Origin: Eledone cirrhosa
Lineage: Eukaryota
Direction: 5' to 3'
DNA length: 64,000 nt
Assembly (NCBI GenBank): GCA_964016885.1
Contig: OZ024755.1
Coordinates: forward strand, 8,866,001 to 8,930,000
Under the pieces are notes generated by a model, which worked only from the letters and a program-made list of their open reading frames with translations, made no database searches and had not been told where the DNA came from. Below are positions 30,655 through 44,573 of the stretch, piece by piece; the first letter of the stretch is position 1; each line of letters opens with the position of its first letter. The translations under genes were made by a program, and so were the position numbers.

Positions 30655-31639
30655 AGAGAGAGAGAGAGAGAGTCATGTCGTACTTATTGTTGATTCCATC
30701 GTTGTTGTTGCTGATGCTGTAGTTATTGTTGTTACTATCCCAGTTACTTTCGTCGATGTTGTCGTTCTTTTTACAGTTGACGTCGTCATCGTTATTTTTG
30801 TAGTAGTTAGAGTTACTGCTTTCGTCGTTATAGTTATTATAGTTGTTGTAGTTGTTGTTGTTATCGTCATTATAGTTGTTATAGTTATTGTTGCTGTTGT
30901 TTATGTACTGTAAACATAACATCATGACACCATGACATCCAATATAAATCATAATAATATGAGATGATGGATGAGGCGTCAATCCGCTTAAAAATTACAA
31001 GTGTAGGATATATCATTACTCTCCTGTAAAACAAAATATCGATGAAGATCTTTAACATATATTTATTCCTCCTGATGACACAGCTTTTACAGTGTGACCT
31101 CTTTTAAAGGTCAATCTGCTATTGCCCTTCACAACAAAAATAAACTCACTCCAATGAAGTTTCGTATACTTTGCGTGATTAGAAGATTAAGTCTTCCAGT
31201 AGAAATATTGTTTGCTTTTAACTGGCCATTAGTCTAATGTTTGTAGGAGTGAAGTTGTAGTCAGTTTTGTCAAACATCGTATATATCTGATATTTATTGA
31301 GTGACAACACGAAAGTCTATGTCCTGTAATTTGATCTGTAAGAAATACCAGCGAAATTTTTCTGAAATCTAATTACCATCATAAATGAAGACGAGTAACT
31401 AACTTTTTCCTAACTACAAGGAATAGCTTAGAATATTAACATCATACATAATACAGGTACACACTGTGTTTCAGTGTCTTCTGTCTAAATTATCTAAGAA
31501 AGACCTAAGATGTGTGTGCCTGTGTGTGTCCGTGAAAAATATAAATATACACCAGGTCCGAACATAAAAGAACCAAACTCCCACTGTCACTGCCTCCATC
31601 TCTCCCGCTTTCCCCATCTCTCACTATTGTGAGCAAATG

Positions 31640-32380
31640 GGGGCCCACTACAGCGTTGAAAATATAGAAACATTCTACCAACTAATTCAAAATATAATGT
31701 AATAAAAATACACCAAAGATAAATAAACTACAATTACACTAGGAAGTTTTAATGCAAACGTCAGCATATAAAATACCGACAATAAACAGTTCAATATGTA
31801 TTAGGTGAATAAAATCAAATTGTTGACCAACTTATCTATTTCTGTCAAAGAAACAATTTATTAGTCAGCAATAAACTATTTCAGCAAGAACCAAGAACAA
31901 TAAACACGTGGAGGACTCCAGGTTACACAGCGAGGAATCTTATAGACTATATGCTGATTAAAGAACAATTTAGAATATGTGTGAAACTTGCAAAAACATA
32001 CCCTAGAGCAGATGTCAATTGAGACAATAACCCAGAGTAATTAAATTACAAAGCAGACAAGAAATAGAAAATGTTAAAAGACGAAAAACAACTGAACAAT
32101 TAAAATTTCTTAAAGTAGACAGAATACAAACAGAAATATTTGGAAATACGAAGCAAATATGGATATTGAAACAAAGACGAACAAAACAGAATTACACAAA
32201 TATCAAATAGAAGGAAAATAGAATATAGAATATACGTGTAAATATCACTAAAAATACATAGTGGGGAATAGTTGAATGAAAAGAAAGAACATAAATGACT
32301 AGTGAAGTTTTATTCAAAATTGAAGAAAGAAACAAAATTAAAACTCAAGACGAATGTACAGCACCGTTAAGTCAAGGTCA
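31640..32380 (+). mobile_element. Decayed RTE (BovB-like) LINE AP-endonuclease remnant
   Basis: From 31840 it reads FCQRNNLLVSNKLFQQEPRTINTWRTPGYTARNLIDYMLIK...AKTYPRADVN*. Upstream has ETFYQLIQ and LGSFNANV. Confidence 0.8.
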
Positions 32381-32382
32381 TA

Positions 32383-32424
<42 letters not shown>

Positions 32425-32812
32425 GTAGAACACTGGAAGGTAATATCCGTAGTGGTTGAGCACTCAGTCCATGGGACGAGTTTGGTAGAAGTAGTAACAC
32501 AACAGTTAGTTCACCATACAAGAACAATTGTTTCACCCTAAGGCGAAACAATATTATTTATATATATATTTATATATATATTTATATATAAAAGGGTGGA
32601 GTTTCATTTACATGAAGTTATTTTTTATTGTGTATCGGACCCTACTAACCTCATTTCGCAGAATATATATATATATAAACATGAGAAGAATGAATACTGC
32701 GTGGTTGCACATGGTTTACATATGATAAAAATAGTCCTTCATCAGTGATTTTCCAACCTTTATTGGTATTTCATCGCTTTAAATATATGTATATGTATAT
32801 ATATATATATAT

Positions 32813-32855
<43 letters not shown>

Positions 32856-33523
32856 TGCCATTCACCACCCTAAATATATAAGAGGTGGGATAGGTAGTAT
32901 CAGTAGGGTGTCTGTCAAAATGTTTTGCGATATTAAGTTACGAATGTCTGCGTTCAGAGTTCAAATCCACCAAAATACCGGGCTTGATTTAATCCATTTT
33001 CCCCTCGCACCAAATATATGCCCATGTGCAAATATTAGAAAGAATATAGATATATATATATATGTGTGTGTGTGTGTTGTCACTTTAAATAACGAGCACA
33101 ATCGCTGAGAGGCGAGTGCTGCTCAGTATTCTAACCAAACTTTTAACTCTATTAAATTGCTGTCTTTCAAGTAAAGTATGACATCAATACATGCGTGTGA
33201 ATGTGTATCTGAGTTTATGTATTTCTATATATATATATGTGTGTGTGTGTGAGTGTGTGTGTGTGTGTTAATGATGGTGCGTGTGTGAATGTTTGTATGT
33301 ACGTATCTGTTAACATATTAGTTTCAGAATATACCACTGCTTTCATTTTTTAAAACCATTGAATCCAGATTAACTGAACAAGACAACCGTCCATTTTATC
33401 AATAGTTATGTCAGTAATTTCTGCTTGGCTTGTAATATCGGCGCCAAAAACAATAGCTATTTCATACAGCCCTCTTCCATCTAGTTTTGATCTGATGCAA
33501 TCAGCCGCATGCTAAACGCACCA

Positions 33524-33587
<64 letters not shown>

Positions 33588-33655
33588 ACGGGCACATATA
33601 CACACACACATCAATATAACTATCTATCGAATTATCTTTCTCTGTCTCTGTATAC

Positions 33656-33686
<31 letters not shown>

Positions 33687-33687
33687 A

Positions 33688-33747
<60 letters not shown>

Positions 33748-34266
33748 ATCGCTCTCTCCCAATCGTGTGGTCTCTCTCTCTTTTTCCCTCTCCCACTCAC
33801 TTATCCTCTCTTTCTCTCTGTTTCCTTACTACTTCCGTTTTCTGTCGTCGTCTCCCTATTTTCCCTGCTCACAGACGTGTTTTTCTTCGCTGTTAATAAG
33901 GCCCCGAGGTTATGCCCAACCACCGATTTAACTTCCTCTCTCTCCCCTGGTTACTTTACATACATGTACTACTCCTCGTGTTCCCCTCTCTCTATCGGTA
34001 TGTTTTCTGCCTTTTTTTTAACTCCTTTTTTTTCACTTTATTTTCTCTCTCTTCTTTTCTCTCCCTAATAACTTACAAAGTTATTGACGCACTCGGGATA
34101 GACGTATTGTCTTTAATGCGTTGAAACGTCCGAGACCTCCAGCAGACAACTGAAGAGGGGACCTGTCTCTTGTCTGTGCTTTCCTTTTATTTCTAAATAC
34201 ACCTTATCAGTAACCATACAGCACCTTGTTTCTTCTTCTCGCTCTCTACCCCCCTCTCTCTCTCTC

Positions 34267-34305
<39 letters not shown>

Positions 34306-34396
34306 CATAGTTATGGCCCGTTGCTTTCTCAAATCCGCCGAGGTTAACTTTGCCTTTCATCTTTTGGGGTAATCGCTGGCCTTGTGCCAAAAGAAG

Positions 34397-34483
<87 letters not shown>

Positions 34484-34984
34484 GCGATGCCATGCCGTGG
34501 ACCCATAACCTCTCTCCTAGATAGAACACAGATTACTTCCAGTAAGAGAGAAAAGGGCAGAAGAATTTACCCCTGAACTGGTTGAACTGGTACTTTATCG
34601 ACATCCAAAGGATAACGCGCAAGCTTGATCTTAGAGGGATTTGAATTCTGCGTGCAGAGACCCCAAACGAATATCGCAAAGAACTATGTCCAACGTTCTA
34701 ACGACTCCGCATACCTTGCCGCCTAGTGTGTACATACATATATATATGTGTGTGTGCGTGTGTGTGTGTGTATCCGTGTTTAATCGGGGTAACCACAGTA
34801 AGTAAGGTACTCAATACATAGCAGAATATACATTTTTAATATAGAAATGGTTTCTACAGGACTAGAACTGTTTCATTCGAAGGAAATTATTTGTTTCTTA
34901 GAAATCTCCCCCGGGATGAAACTGTGGATATTTATTGTTTAGAAACCTCCCCTAGGGGTGAAACTCTGGATTATTATTTATTCT

Positions 34985-35029
34985 TTCCTGATGATTCCCT
35001 TCGACGGAAACAGTTCTAGTCCTGTAGAA
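34985..35029 (+). ncRNA. Type I hammerhead ribozyme motif (weak stem II)
   Basis: TTC CTGATGA ttcccttcgacg GAAA CAG-TTCTAGTC-CTG TA GAA. An inverted copy of the 3' half lies at 34852-34874. Confidence 0.6.
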
Positions 35030-35033
35030 TTGT

Positions 35034-35233
35034 NNNNNNNNNNNNNNNNNNNNNNNNNNNNNNNNNNNNNNNNNNNNNNNNNNNNNNNNNNNNNNNNNNN
35101 NNNNNNNNNNNNNNNNNNNNNNNNNNNNNNNNNNNNNNNNNNNNNNNNNNNNNNNNNNNNNNNNNNNNNNNNNNNNNNNNNNNNNNNNNNNNNNNNNNNN
35201 NNNNNNNNNNNNNNNNNNNNNNNNNNNNNNNNN
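35034..35233. other. Assembly gap (200 N)
   Basis: Run of exactly 200 N, a placeholder join of unknown true size. Confidence 0.99.
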
Positions 35234-36569
35234 GATGTTCGTTTTGTGGTTGTGTTTTTGCGGTTGTTCTTTTTTGTGTTTTGTGATTGTTGTTGTTTTC
35301 TCCTCTTTTAGAGATGATTTCAGTGGGTGGTTGTGAATCTTAATACTGAAGAAATTTTAATAAAAGGTTCAGATGCGTTAATGAGCAGATTTCTGTAACA
35401 CTACATCGTTTACATTTTTGTCTGTCACAAATGAAGTAAATCTTCCACTAATATTCATTGCGTTTACATCTGTTTTGACGTCCAACATTTCACACATGAC
35501 CTGAACATATTACCAAATTTGGAGACCTATATTTCACATATGACCTCGTCTTTCTACTATAGCTGGAGCTCTACACATGTTTTACTGTATTCTATTTCTT
35601 CTCCAAACGTTGTAAGTTCAAATTCTTGTATTGACTACTATTATGTGCCAGTCATGTACTGTGGTAGATTCAATCGATGAAACAGTTCTACTACAAATCT
35701 GTGGCTCGTGTAACAAGATGAGAATTCATTCTTTGTTATAAGCGGTGAATTTACAGAGTCGTTGCAGTGAAAGCTATTATACGTTGCGGCATTTGTTTCA
35801 ATTCTTTGCGTTTTCAGTTCAAATCCCACCGATATCAACCTTTTTTTTTTCTTTTTTTTTGTGAGGGGAGGTCAGTTTAAAATAATGTACCTCGCTAGAG
35901 CGGTTGTTTCGTGGAATTGTTTGAGCGTCGGATCAGATGGCTTGAGGTGTTTGTTCCGGATCTTTTGGCTCTAAATCCAAACCCTCTTATGATTTACTCT
36001 GCTGGTAGATTTAACCCATCACCCAGTTTAACACTCCCAGTGGGCCTTTGGGTTCATTTAACGGAATTCGCTCTATTGTATGTATTTAGAACAGGTTTGT
36101 CTTGGAAACAACTTAACACCTCCATCCATCCCTCAAGCCACGAAGATCCCGAAAAGTGTTTGGGTATTTATTACTCTTTTCTCCCAAACTAGACACCATT
36201 TTTTTAAATGCATGTAGTGAGTTGTATTGAAAATAGAATCGGAGGTCCCGGAAGCTGTATATATGAGATGTCCGTGCCCATTTTACCTCATTTCCGGCGT
36301 GAATTCCATGTGGAAATGAATAAGCGCTACGACAAACCATTCGTCCATGTAAAATTCATATTTTATGTGAAAATTATGGAACGGAAGCAATCTCATTTCC
36401 CCTTCTCATACAAATTTAGTTCGATCCGTTATCTTATTAGTTGGTCAATACTAACAGGTATTACTCTCTCAAAAGTTACCAATATTCATTTTAGTCAATC
36501 AACGGGAGGTGAAAAAATGTTCTGATATATACGGAATATATTTCAACAGAAAACATTAGGGGTTCATAC

Positions 36570-36680
<111 letters not shown>

Positions 36681-37049
36681 CTCACACACACACATATATA
36701 TATATATATATGCATGTGAGTTTTTGAGTGTTTCGAGTATACGTGTGTATGAAAGAAGTATATATGTGCATATGTGTATATGTGTATGTGGCTAAATATG
36801 TATGCGTCTATATACCTTGTCCGTTTGAAAGCCTCCATTTTTCACAATTTTCCATTTCTTCTCCCAGTAATATAGCGAGCAGAACATTAATAGAATAAAA
36901 CACTTGTATATCAAAGACTTATCGAACACGCCATCAATTTAGGTAGACTTTGATTAAGTAAGTGGTGTAATATTGCTAGGAACCAGATGGTAACATATTT
37001 TACTGGGGATTATTTTAGTAAATACCTATATACACGTTTATCACATGCC

Positions 37050-37111
<62 letters not shown>

Positions 37112-37238
37112 TGTGTGTGTATGTGTGTATGTATATGTTTGAATATATCATATATATCATTTATTTTTGTATATGTATGGTATGTATACAAGAATATATA
37201 TATATATTTATATATATACATATATATATATATTAATG

Positions 37239-37329
<91 letters not shown>

Positions 37330-37902
37330 TAGTGTTTTCATAACATATGTAACGTTAACACTGGAATTAAAGACCTCTAAAGTATAAAACATCGATTAAT
37401 TGGAATTCTGTCTCTGCTATACATCTATCAATATATGACAGTATTGACTATTGATTATATCCTATAGACTATAGTTTGACCACTAATATCACCAATCTGT
37501 GTGCTTCAACGATTACCAAGTGATATATAAAATACAAAAAGTCGTACTTAGAGACTGTGAGGCGTCGAATCATATCGGTAGAACGAGGCATTAAATACCT
37601 TGTGATATTTAATCTGGATCTCTATGATATGATTTCAAATCCCGCCAGGGTTAACTTTGCTTTTCTTCTTTTCATTGTTGATAAATAAAGTACAGTTCTG
37701 GGATCGATTCTTCTTCATCTCTCTCTTTTTTTTCTCTCTGTAATTCAAAGATCCCAACCTTGTCCCATAATATATCATGCTGAGACTGCCTAATGATACA
37801 TGTGTCTGTGAAATACTCAAATACTTATATGTGAATGCACCAGTCGAAAGATCGTTCAGTTGATCAGACAACTGAATGTTTCTCATTGAAACCGGTGAGA
37901 GA

Positions 37903-38506
37903 TACATCCAGTGTGTGTAAAGATACACAAATATATATATCCAAAAATTGTATGTAAGAATACACAAAAATACATCCAATATATGTGTGTAAAAATACAC
38001 AAAAATATATCCAACATTTGTGTGTAAAAATACACAAAACATATATCCAACATTTGTATGTAAAAATACACAAAAAATATATCCAACATTTGTGTGTAAA
38101 AATACACAAAAAGTATATCCAACATGTGTGTGTAAAAATATACAAAAAATATATCCAACATTTGTGTGTAAGAATACACAAAAATACATCCAACATTTGT
38201 GTGTAAAAATCCACAAAAACTACATCCAACATGTGTGTGTAAAAATGCACAAAAAATATATCCAACATTTGTGTGTAAAAATACACAAAAATAAATACAA
38301 TATTTGTGTTTAAAAATACACAAAAAATACATCCAATATTTGTGTGTAAGAATACACAAAAATACATCCAACATTTGTGTGTAAGAATACACAAAAATAC
38401 ATTCAACATGTGTGGGTAAGAATACACAAAAAATATATTCAATATTTGTGTGTAAGAATACACAAAAATACATCCAAATTTTTTGTGTGAGAATATACAA
38501 AAATAC
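37903..38506. repeat. ~34-bp minisatellite (ATATCCAACATTTGTGTGTAAAAATACACAAAAA)
   Basis: About 17-18 tandem units visible. Confidence 0.92.
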
Positions 38507-39680
38507 ACTAATTTAATCTCACAGAAACTTGCTATGAAATCGTTACCTATAAGTAAACCATCAACTACTACATATATTACTTACCATCTATATATATATC
38601 AGCACTATATGCCACGTTGTGGTCTTCATAACTTTCCCAATCGTATTATGAAATTAAACGATATGGTTAAACTGGGAATCGTATACGATTTGCAAATCTA
38701 ATTTGTTGGGAAGTTCAGAAATTATTCAAGGATACATAAAACCCAACACACAAGAATGAAATGGAGAAAATGGTAGAGAAATTATAGAAAATCAAATCCC
38801 TTCAGTATGATGTGCGTAATGATTTCTATATTATTCTATCTCTTTCAGATTGACTGGGCGTGGCATTTTCTAGGGGTCATGGGTTCAACTCTCATCAAAG
38901 GTGCAGCGCTACTTGCCATAATTCGGAGTATGGATTGAGAGTTTATTGGTCATATAGTACTTTGAAATCCATCGATAAACCTCGCTTTGAATTCCTTTCA
39001 TAATAAAAAGTCAAAGTTTAAGGTTCCTTAACTCTGTGGTTTACTCAGCCAAGCTTTTCCTATGATTATATTAATATATCCGCCCATTAACCGATAAAGA
39101 TAGCTGCAGTAAGACACACACAGATAAGAACGAAGTGTTTGTGTGTCCGTTTATGTATTTATACATATGTGTGTAAATGTGTGTGCCCGCGTGTGTATGG
39201 TATTCTCTACTAAAGGCGAACAGGGAGAATGATAGAGATTTCGAACACACGCAGAAGAGCTTAGAGTTTTTAGAGGGAGATAAATGAGGAGCTGTGAAGT
39301 TCATGCCATGTCTATAGTTGATAACAAAGGTAGTGAAGTGCATTTTTTACGACTGTTAATTGAAACAGGGTATTCCAGTGGTTCTTCTTAACCCCGCAGT
39401 ACTTATCAAAGTTTTCATTTTCAGAAGACTAAAGTTTTCTGATCAATTGAACGTCCCACCTGATGAACCAATGTGCCAAGTGGCTGAGCATTCCACAGGT
39501 AAATGTGCCCATAACGTAATTTTCAAGGTGATACAAGGGAAGCACCATTGAATTACAAGTTATTTCTCAGTCCGTGATTATTGGGGAAGACGTTTACCTA
39601 ATATGCCATGCTGTGATATTGAACCCGAAATATTGTGCTTGCTAAGCAGGCTTCTTAAAACTTGCGTGTGTGTGTGTGTG

Positions 39681-39720
<40 letters not shown>

Positions 39721-40437
39721 CACAATGCTAGTTTTGATATTAACTTTGTGACATTGTGTATGTTAACTAGTCAGCTAATGGACAGTGGCTGTTGTTGTTA
39801 AGATCCGACGTGACATAACAATAGATAAAAGGGCTTTAAATTATATCAACCATCTCTACAAGCATGATATATGTTGTTTTTTGTTTTGCTTTTGTTTTGC
39901 ATCATTTATTTGTATTTTATTTTATTTTCAAAATCTAATTACACTTCTAAGCAATTTGCGTGCTTAGATATGCTTACGTGAAGCTAAAAGGGAAGAGACA
40001 CAACTGAAATCTTATCGAAGAAAAATATCTGTATGAAAGAAAGAAAAAGTCTATTATTTTCTTGTATAGCCATTTTACTGTTGAGAGCATCGAAATCTTG
40101 TTAAGATGGCGCGCTGTTTAAATAGGAACGTTATAACAAAACAGCAGAAATTTCACTATTCCATTATTTAGAAGAGGCATTCTTTTGACGAAATCGAAGC
40201 TAAAAATCCTCTTTCATCTCGCTTCTTTCACATTTGCACGTATAGATCTCTTTTCAGTATCGATTCCTTACAATCTTTAGATTTTGTTAAAATGATCTCA
40301 ACCTTTCAAATTATATTTTTATATACGTTATTTCTCTACCTAGCCCATAGAATAGAAACCCTCTTTTTGAAACTACGTCAAAATACCCGCACATATAATT
40401 GATACTGTATGTGTACGATTATATATATATATCTATA

Positions 40438-40579
<142 letters not shown>

Positions 40580-40624
40580 TATATATATATATTATATATA
40601 TATATATAAATATATATATACATG

Positions 40625-40670
<46 letters not shown>

Positions 40671-40692
40671 TATATATATATATATATATATG

Positions 40693-40747
<55 letters not shown>

Positions 40748-41005
40748 GGGTGTGTGTGTGTGTATACAACATAGATAAGAGAAAGATGTTATCTATTTAT
40801 ACAACATTTATTGACATCAAAGATATACATTTGGAACCCTGATTCGGATTAAATACAAAAACCTCTTTACAGCTATCTAGTATCGTGTAAATAAAATTTA
40901 TTCATACATTTATTCCTATCTAGTATTTAGATGGAGTAACTTGCATCCGATATCATACAGATATAATATAGCTACACATTTACACACACACATATACACG
41001 CACAC

Positions 41006-41113
<108 letters not shown>

Positions 41114-41256
41114 GTGTGTGTGCACATGCATGTATATATATATATACATACACATATAATATGTATATATATATATAGATAGATATATATGTATATATAC
41201 ATGCATATGAGAGTATATATATATATTTATATATATATATAAATGTGTGTATATAT

Positions 41257-41308
<52 letters not shown>

Positions 41309-42366
41309 GCTGTAGGATGTGTTATGTTTCTGAGAAGCAGAACATAAACTAATTACTTCAAAATGATACGACAGAGACAGAAAACTAAAATACTTATTAA
41401 ACATTAGATAAAACGATGAATTAAACTTTTGGTGGGCGTCACCCACGGAGTTACAACAGAGTTATGTCAGAGTTATGAAAGGAAAGGAAGATTAAATTGA
41501 ACTCGTAATGATCAGTCAGGACTGATAACACAGGGTTTCCTTTTCAACGCTTTAGCAATTTAGCCAGAACTGTTACTTTATTTATTGACCTTGACAAGAT
41601 GACTCCGATGGCATAAACTCAGGGCTCAGAGAACCACGATAAATATCACAGTCCTTCTTTCCTCTCTAAGTCCAATAACATTGGGAAAAATCTGGTGCAT
41701 CTACCTACAAACATACCACAGCCCAACTCTACAGAAACACCTTTCCTTAGATATGTTTAAAATATCCGACCGGTTTGTTGTCAATCATTAGATCGAACCA
41801 AGGAAGCAATACATCTATTGGTGGCAAATTCGAACTCATATATGCTCGGTTAGTTACGTCATGCGTCTTGGTGGTTCTAGGCGTCCCAAGCAGTTGCGCT
41901 CTGGTTAACTAGCCACCAGCACGAACCACAAAATAGAGATTTGGTAACATCACAAAATCCAGCAACATTCCCTGGGCTGAAAGAGTGAGAAGGGGGATGT
42001 CTGAGAGGCAGAGAGTGGTGGGGGGAGCAGAAGAAGAGGCCTAAGAGAAAGAGAGTGAGGGAGAGAAGAGATAACTAAGCGACAAAAGGGAGGACTGAGG
42101 GAAAGGAGAAGGAATACTAGGAGAGAATCGTGGTAGTGGGGAGAGGAGAGCTAAAAGGAATACAGAAGGACTGAAAGAGAGGAGTTTGTGACGGAAAGAA
42201 GACTGGCAGAGAGGGTGACTGAGAAAAAGAGAGATTACTGCGAGTGGGTAGGGGGAGTGAGCGAGGCAAGTAGGACTGAGAGGGGAGGAAAGCCGGGGGA
42301 AGAGGACTGAATGAGAGAGAGAGAGATGGACTGAATGGGAGGGATGACTGAGTGAGAGAGAAGGAT

Positions 42367-42403
<37 letters not shown>

Positions 42404-42715
42404 GGAAAACGAGAAATAATTTTCGTTGAATTTATGATTTCATCAACCCTAATGTGTCTTCCTTACACACACACACTCACACACACACACACACACTCAC
42501 ACACACACACACATCCACACTTATATCCACATGTTCACATGTCCACACGTCTACATATTCATACACACTACCACAAACATGTTTCACATACACATTTCCA
42601 TACATATCCACAAACACATTCACAACCGTATCCACAAACACACCAACACACACTTCTGTTCCGGTGGATTAATTCCACGACGGAAATTAAACACTAACAT
42701 GCTCTAGCACCCACC

Positions 42716-42975
42716 ATATCGCCACCAACACCGCCACCCACACCGCCACCAACACCGCCACCAACACCACCACTAACACCGCCACCAACACCACCACTAA
42801 CACCGCCACTAACACCGCCACCAACACCGCCACCAACACCGCCACCAACACCGCCACCAACAGCACCACCAACACCACCACCAACACCACCATCAACACC
42901 ACCACTAACACCGCCACTAACACCGCCACTAACACCATCACCAACACCGCCACCAACAACACCACCACCACCACC
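42716..42975. repeat. 12-bp tandem repeat (CACCGCCACCAA)n
   Basis: About 20 degenerate units. Confidence 0.85.
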
Positions 42976-43282
42976 AACTCAATTACAAACACAACCTTCA
43001 GCAGCAGCAGCAGCAGCAGCAGCAGCGATAATATCAAAAGCTGCTTTGTGGAAAGAGGATGTAAAGATTGTCGTTCTGTGTTTGAGGAAGAGAGAGAGGG
43101 AGAGGGGGGGGGTCTTAAACATCGATCACTCTGTGGAAGGGGGGGGGTAAGAGTATGGGTGCGGGAAAGAGAGGAGGAAAGAGAAAGAAAGCGGCGATGG
43201 CGATGGTGCTCATTTTTAAAATAAAATCTACTCAGTAACAAATCTTTATGGGATGGAAATTGTAAGAGCTTGTGTATGTGTG

Positions 43283-43374
<92 letters not shown>

Positions 43375-43402
43375 AGAGAGAGATAGAGAATGAGAGAGAG
43401 AA

Positions 43403-43470
<68 letters not shown>

Positions 43471-43780
43471 TGAGAGAACTAGAAGAGGAATTACTTTTAC
43501 AAAAGTTATAGTTTATCTTAAAGTTACCAGTTATATCCACGGGACAATATGCTATCCCCTGAGTTTCAAAATGAAACTGAATTGGTACTTGGATATATAT
43601 GTAACAACATCTAGCCACTTTCATCTGGGGTATACCAGATGATAAAGGCAAACCATAGTATTGTAATTATCAAAAATAGGGTAAAAAATATATAACATGC
43701 ATCGGGATTCCATCTGACCAACAATTTGGCCGAAAAGAAAATGTCAAATCTGTGATCAACAAGCTTGAGATATATAGCAA

Positions 43781-43960
43781 GCAGCATCGGTAGAGAGTCG
43801 GACACCATGCTTTGAAGCATAGAGTTACGTCCCATTATGATCTGAGTTCAAATCCCGCCGAGGTTAACTTTGCCTTTCATCCTTACGGGGTCGATAAAAT
43901 AAAGTACCAGTAATGCACTGGGCAATTGCTGGCCTTGTGCCAAAAAGTAGAAACAATTAT
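43781..43960 (+). mobile_element. Family A SINE
   Basis: Same head, core and tail. Further copies at 50240-50357(-), 61406-61596(-) and ~34305-34403(+). Confidence 0.88.
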
Positions 43961-44302
43961 TTAAGTTGAAGCCTCAACAAACAACCATTTAATTTGAAGC
44001 AAAGCAGTAAGATAACTACTGAATACAATAAGACATATTCTCAAGATCCCCATATTATTTCTAGCTCTAGCGCCAAATCTTTACATCAAGCAATCTATTA
44101 TTATGATTTATTACAAGGATTCTGAACTGGAAATAAACATAATTTTAAGCACGAAGATAAATACAAGACAGATAGAAACTGAAGTTCTAAATACTGTAAT
44201 AAATAGGAACAATACATAGAAGTGATATCATGTCTTAACAGAATATACTGCTCCGCCACACCAAGAATAAAGGACATATACCATTAGATATGGATACAGA
44301 CT

Positions 44303-44365
<63 letters not shown>

Positions 44366-44369
<4 letters not shown>

Positions 44370-44573
44370 CGAAGGAAATGTGGTAAGGAACCAGATGGAC
44401 CATAACGCACCAAAGTACTCAATACTTAGGGTAGTAGAATGGGAAATAGGAACAAGTATGACCCTGATGGCATAGCTCAAGCCGTTTCAACGGCTAATTC
44501 TGGACTAAAAAAGCACTAGAATTAGCCGTCGAAACGGCTTGAGCTCTGCCGTCGGGGTCATACTTGTTCCTAT
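44366..44573. mobile_element. Palindromic half-hammerhead element plus tail in (TA)n
   Basis: Palindrome at 44446-44573. The tail 44366-44440 is the reverse complement of ~8284-8355, and 8260-8280 matches the palindrome arm. Confidence 0.6.

Noticed and set aside
31068-31100. CTGATGA as a further hammerhead (also 30070, 32738, 39460, 54922)
   Set aside because: No properly placed GAAA/NUH or stem I pairing, so these are treated as chance heptamers.
37635-38508. ~200-aa ORFs and a CRISPR-like periodic pattern
   Set aside because: A contiguous 34-bp minisatellite with no unique spacers and no cas genes, in eukaryotic context.
38849-39010. Acceptor followed by a short ORF and AATAAA (possible terminal exon)
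   Set aside because: The peptide is unrecognisable and no upstream exons were found.
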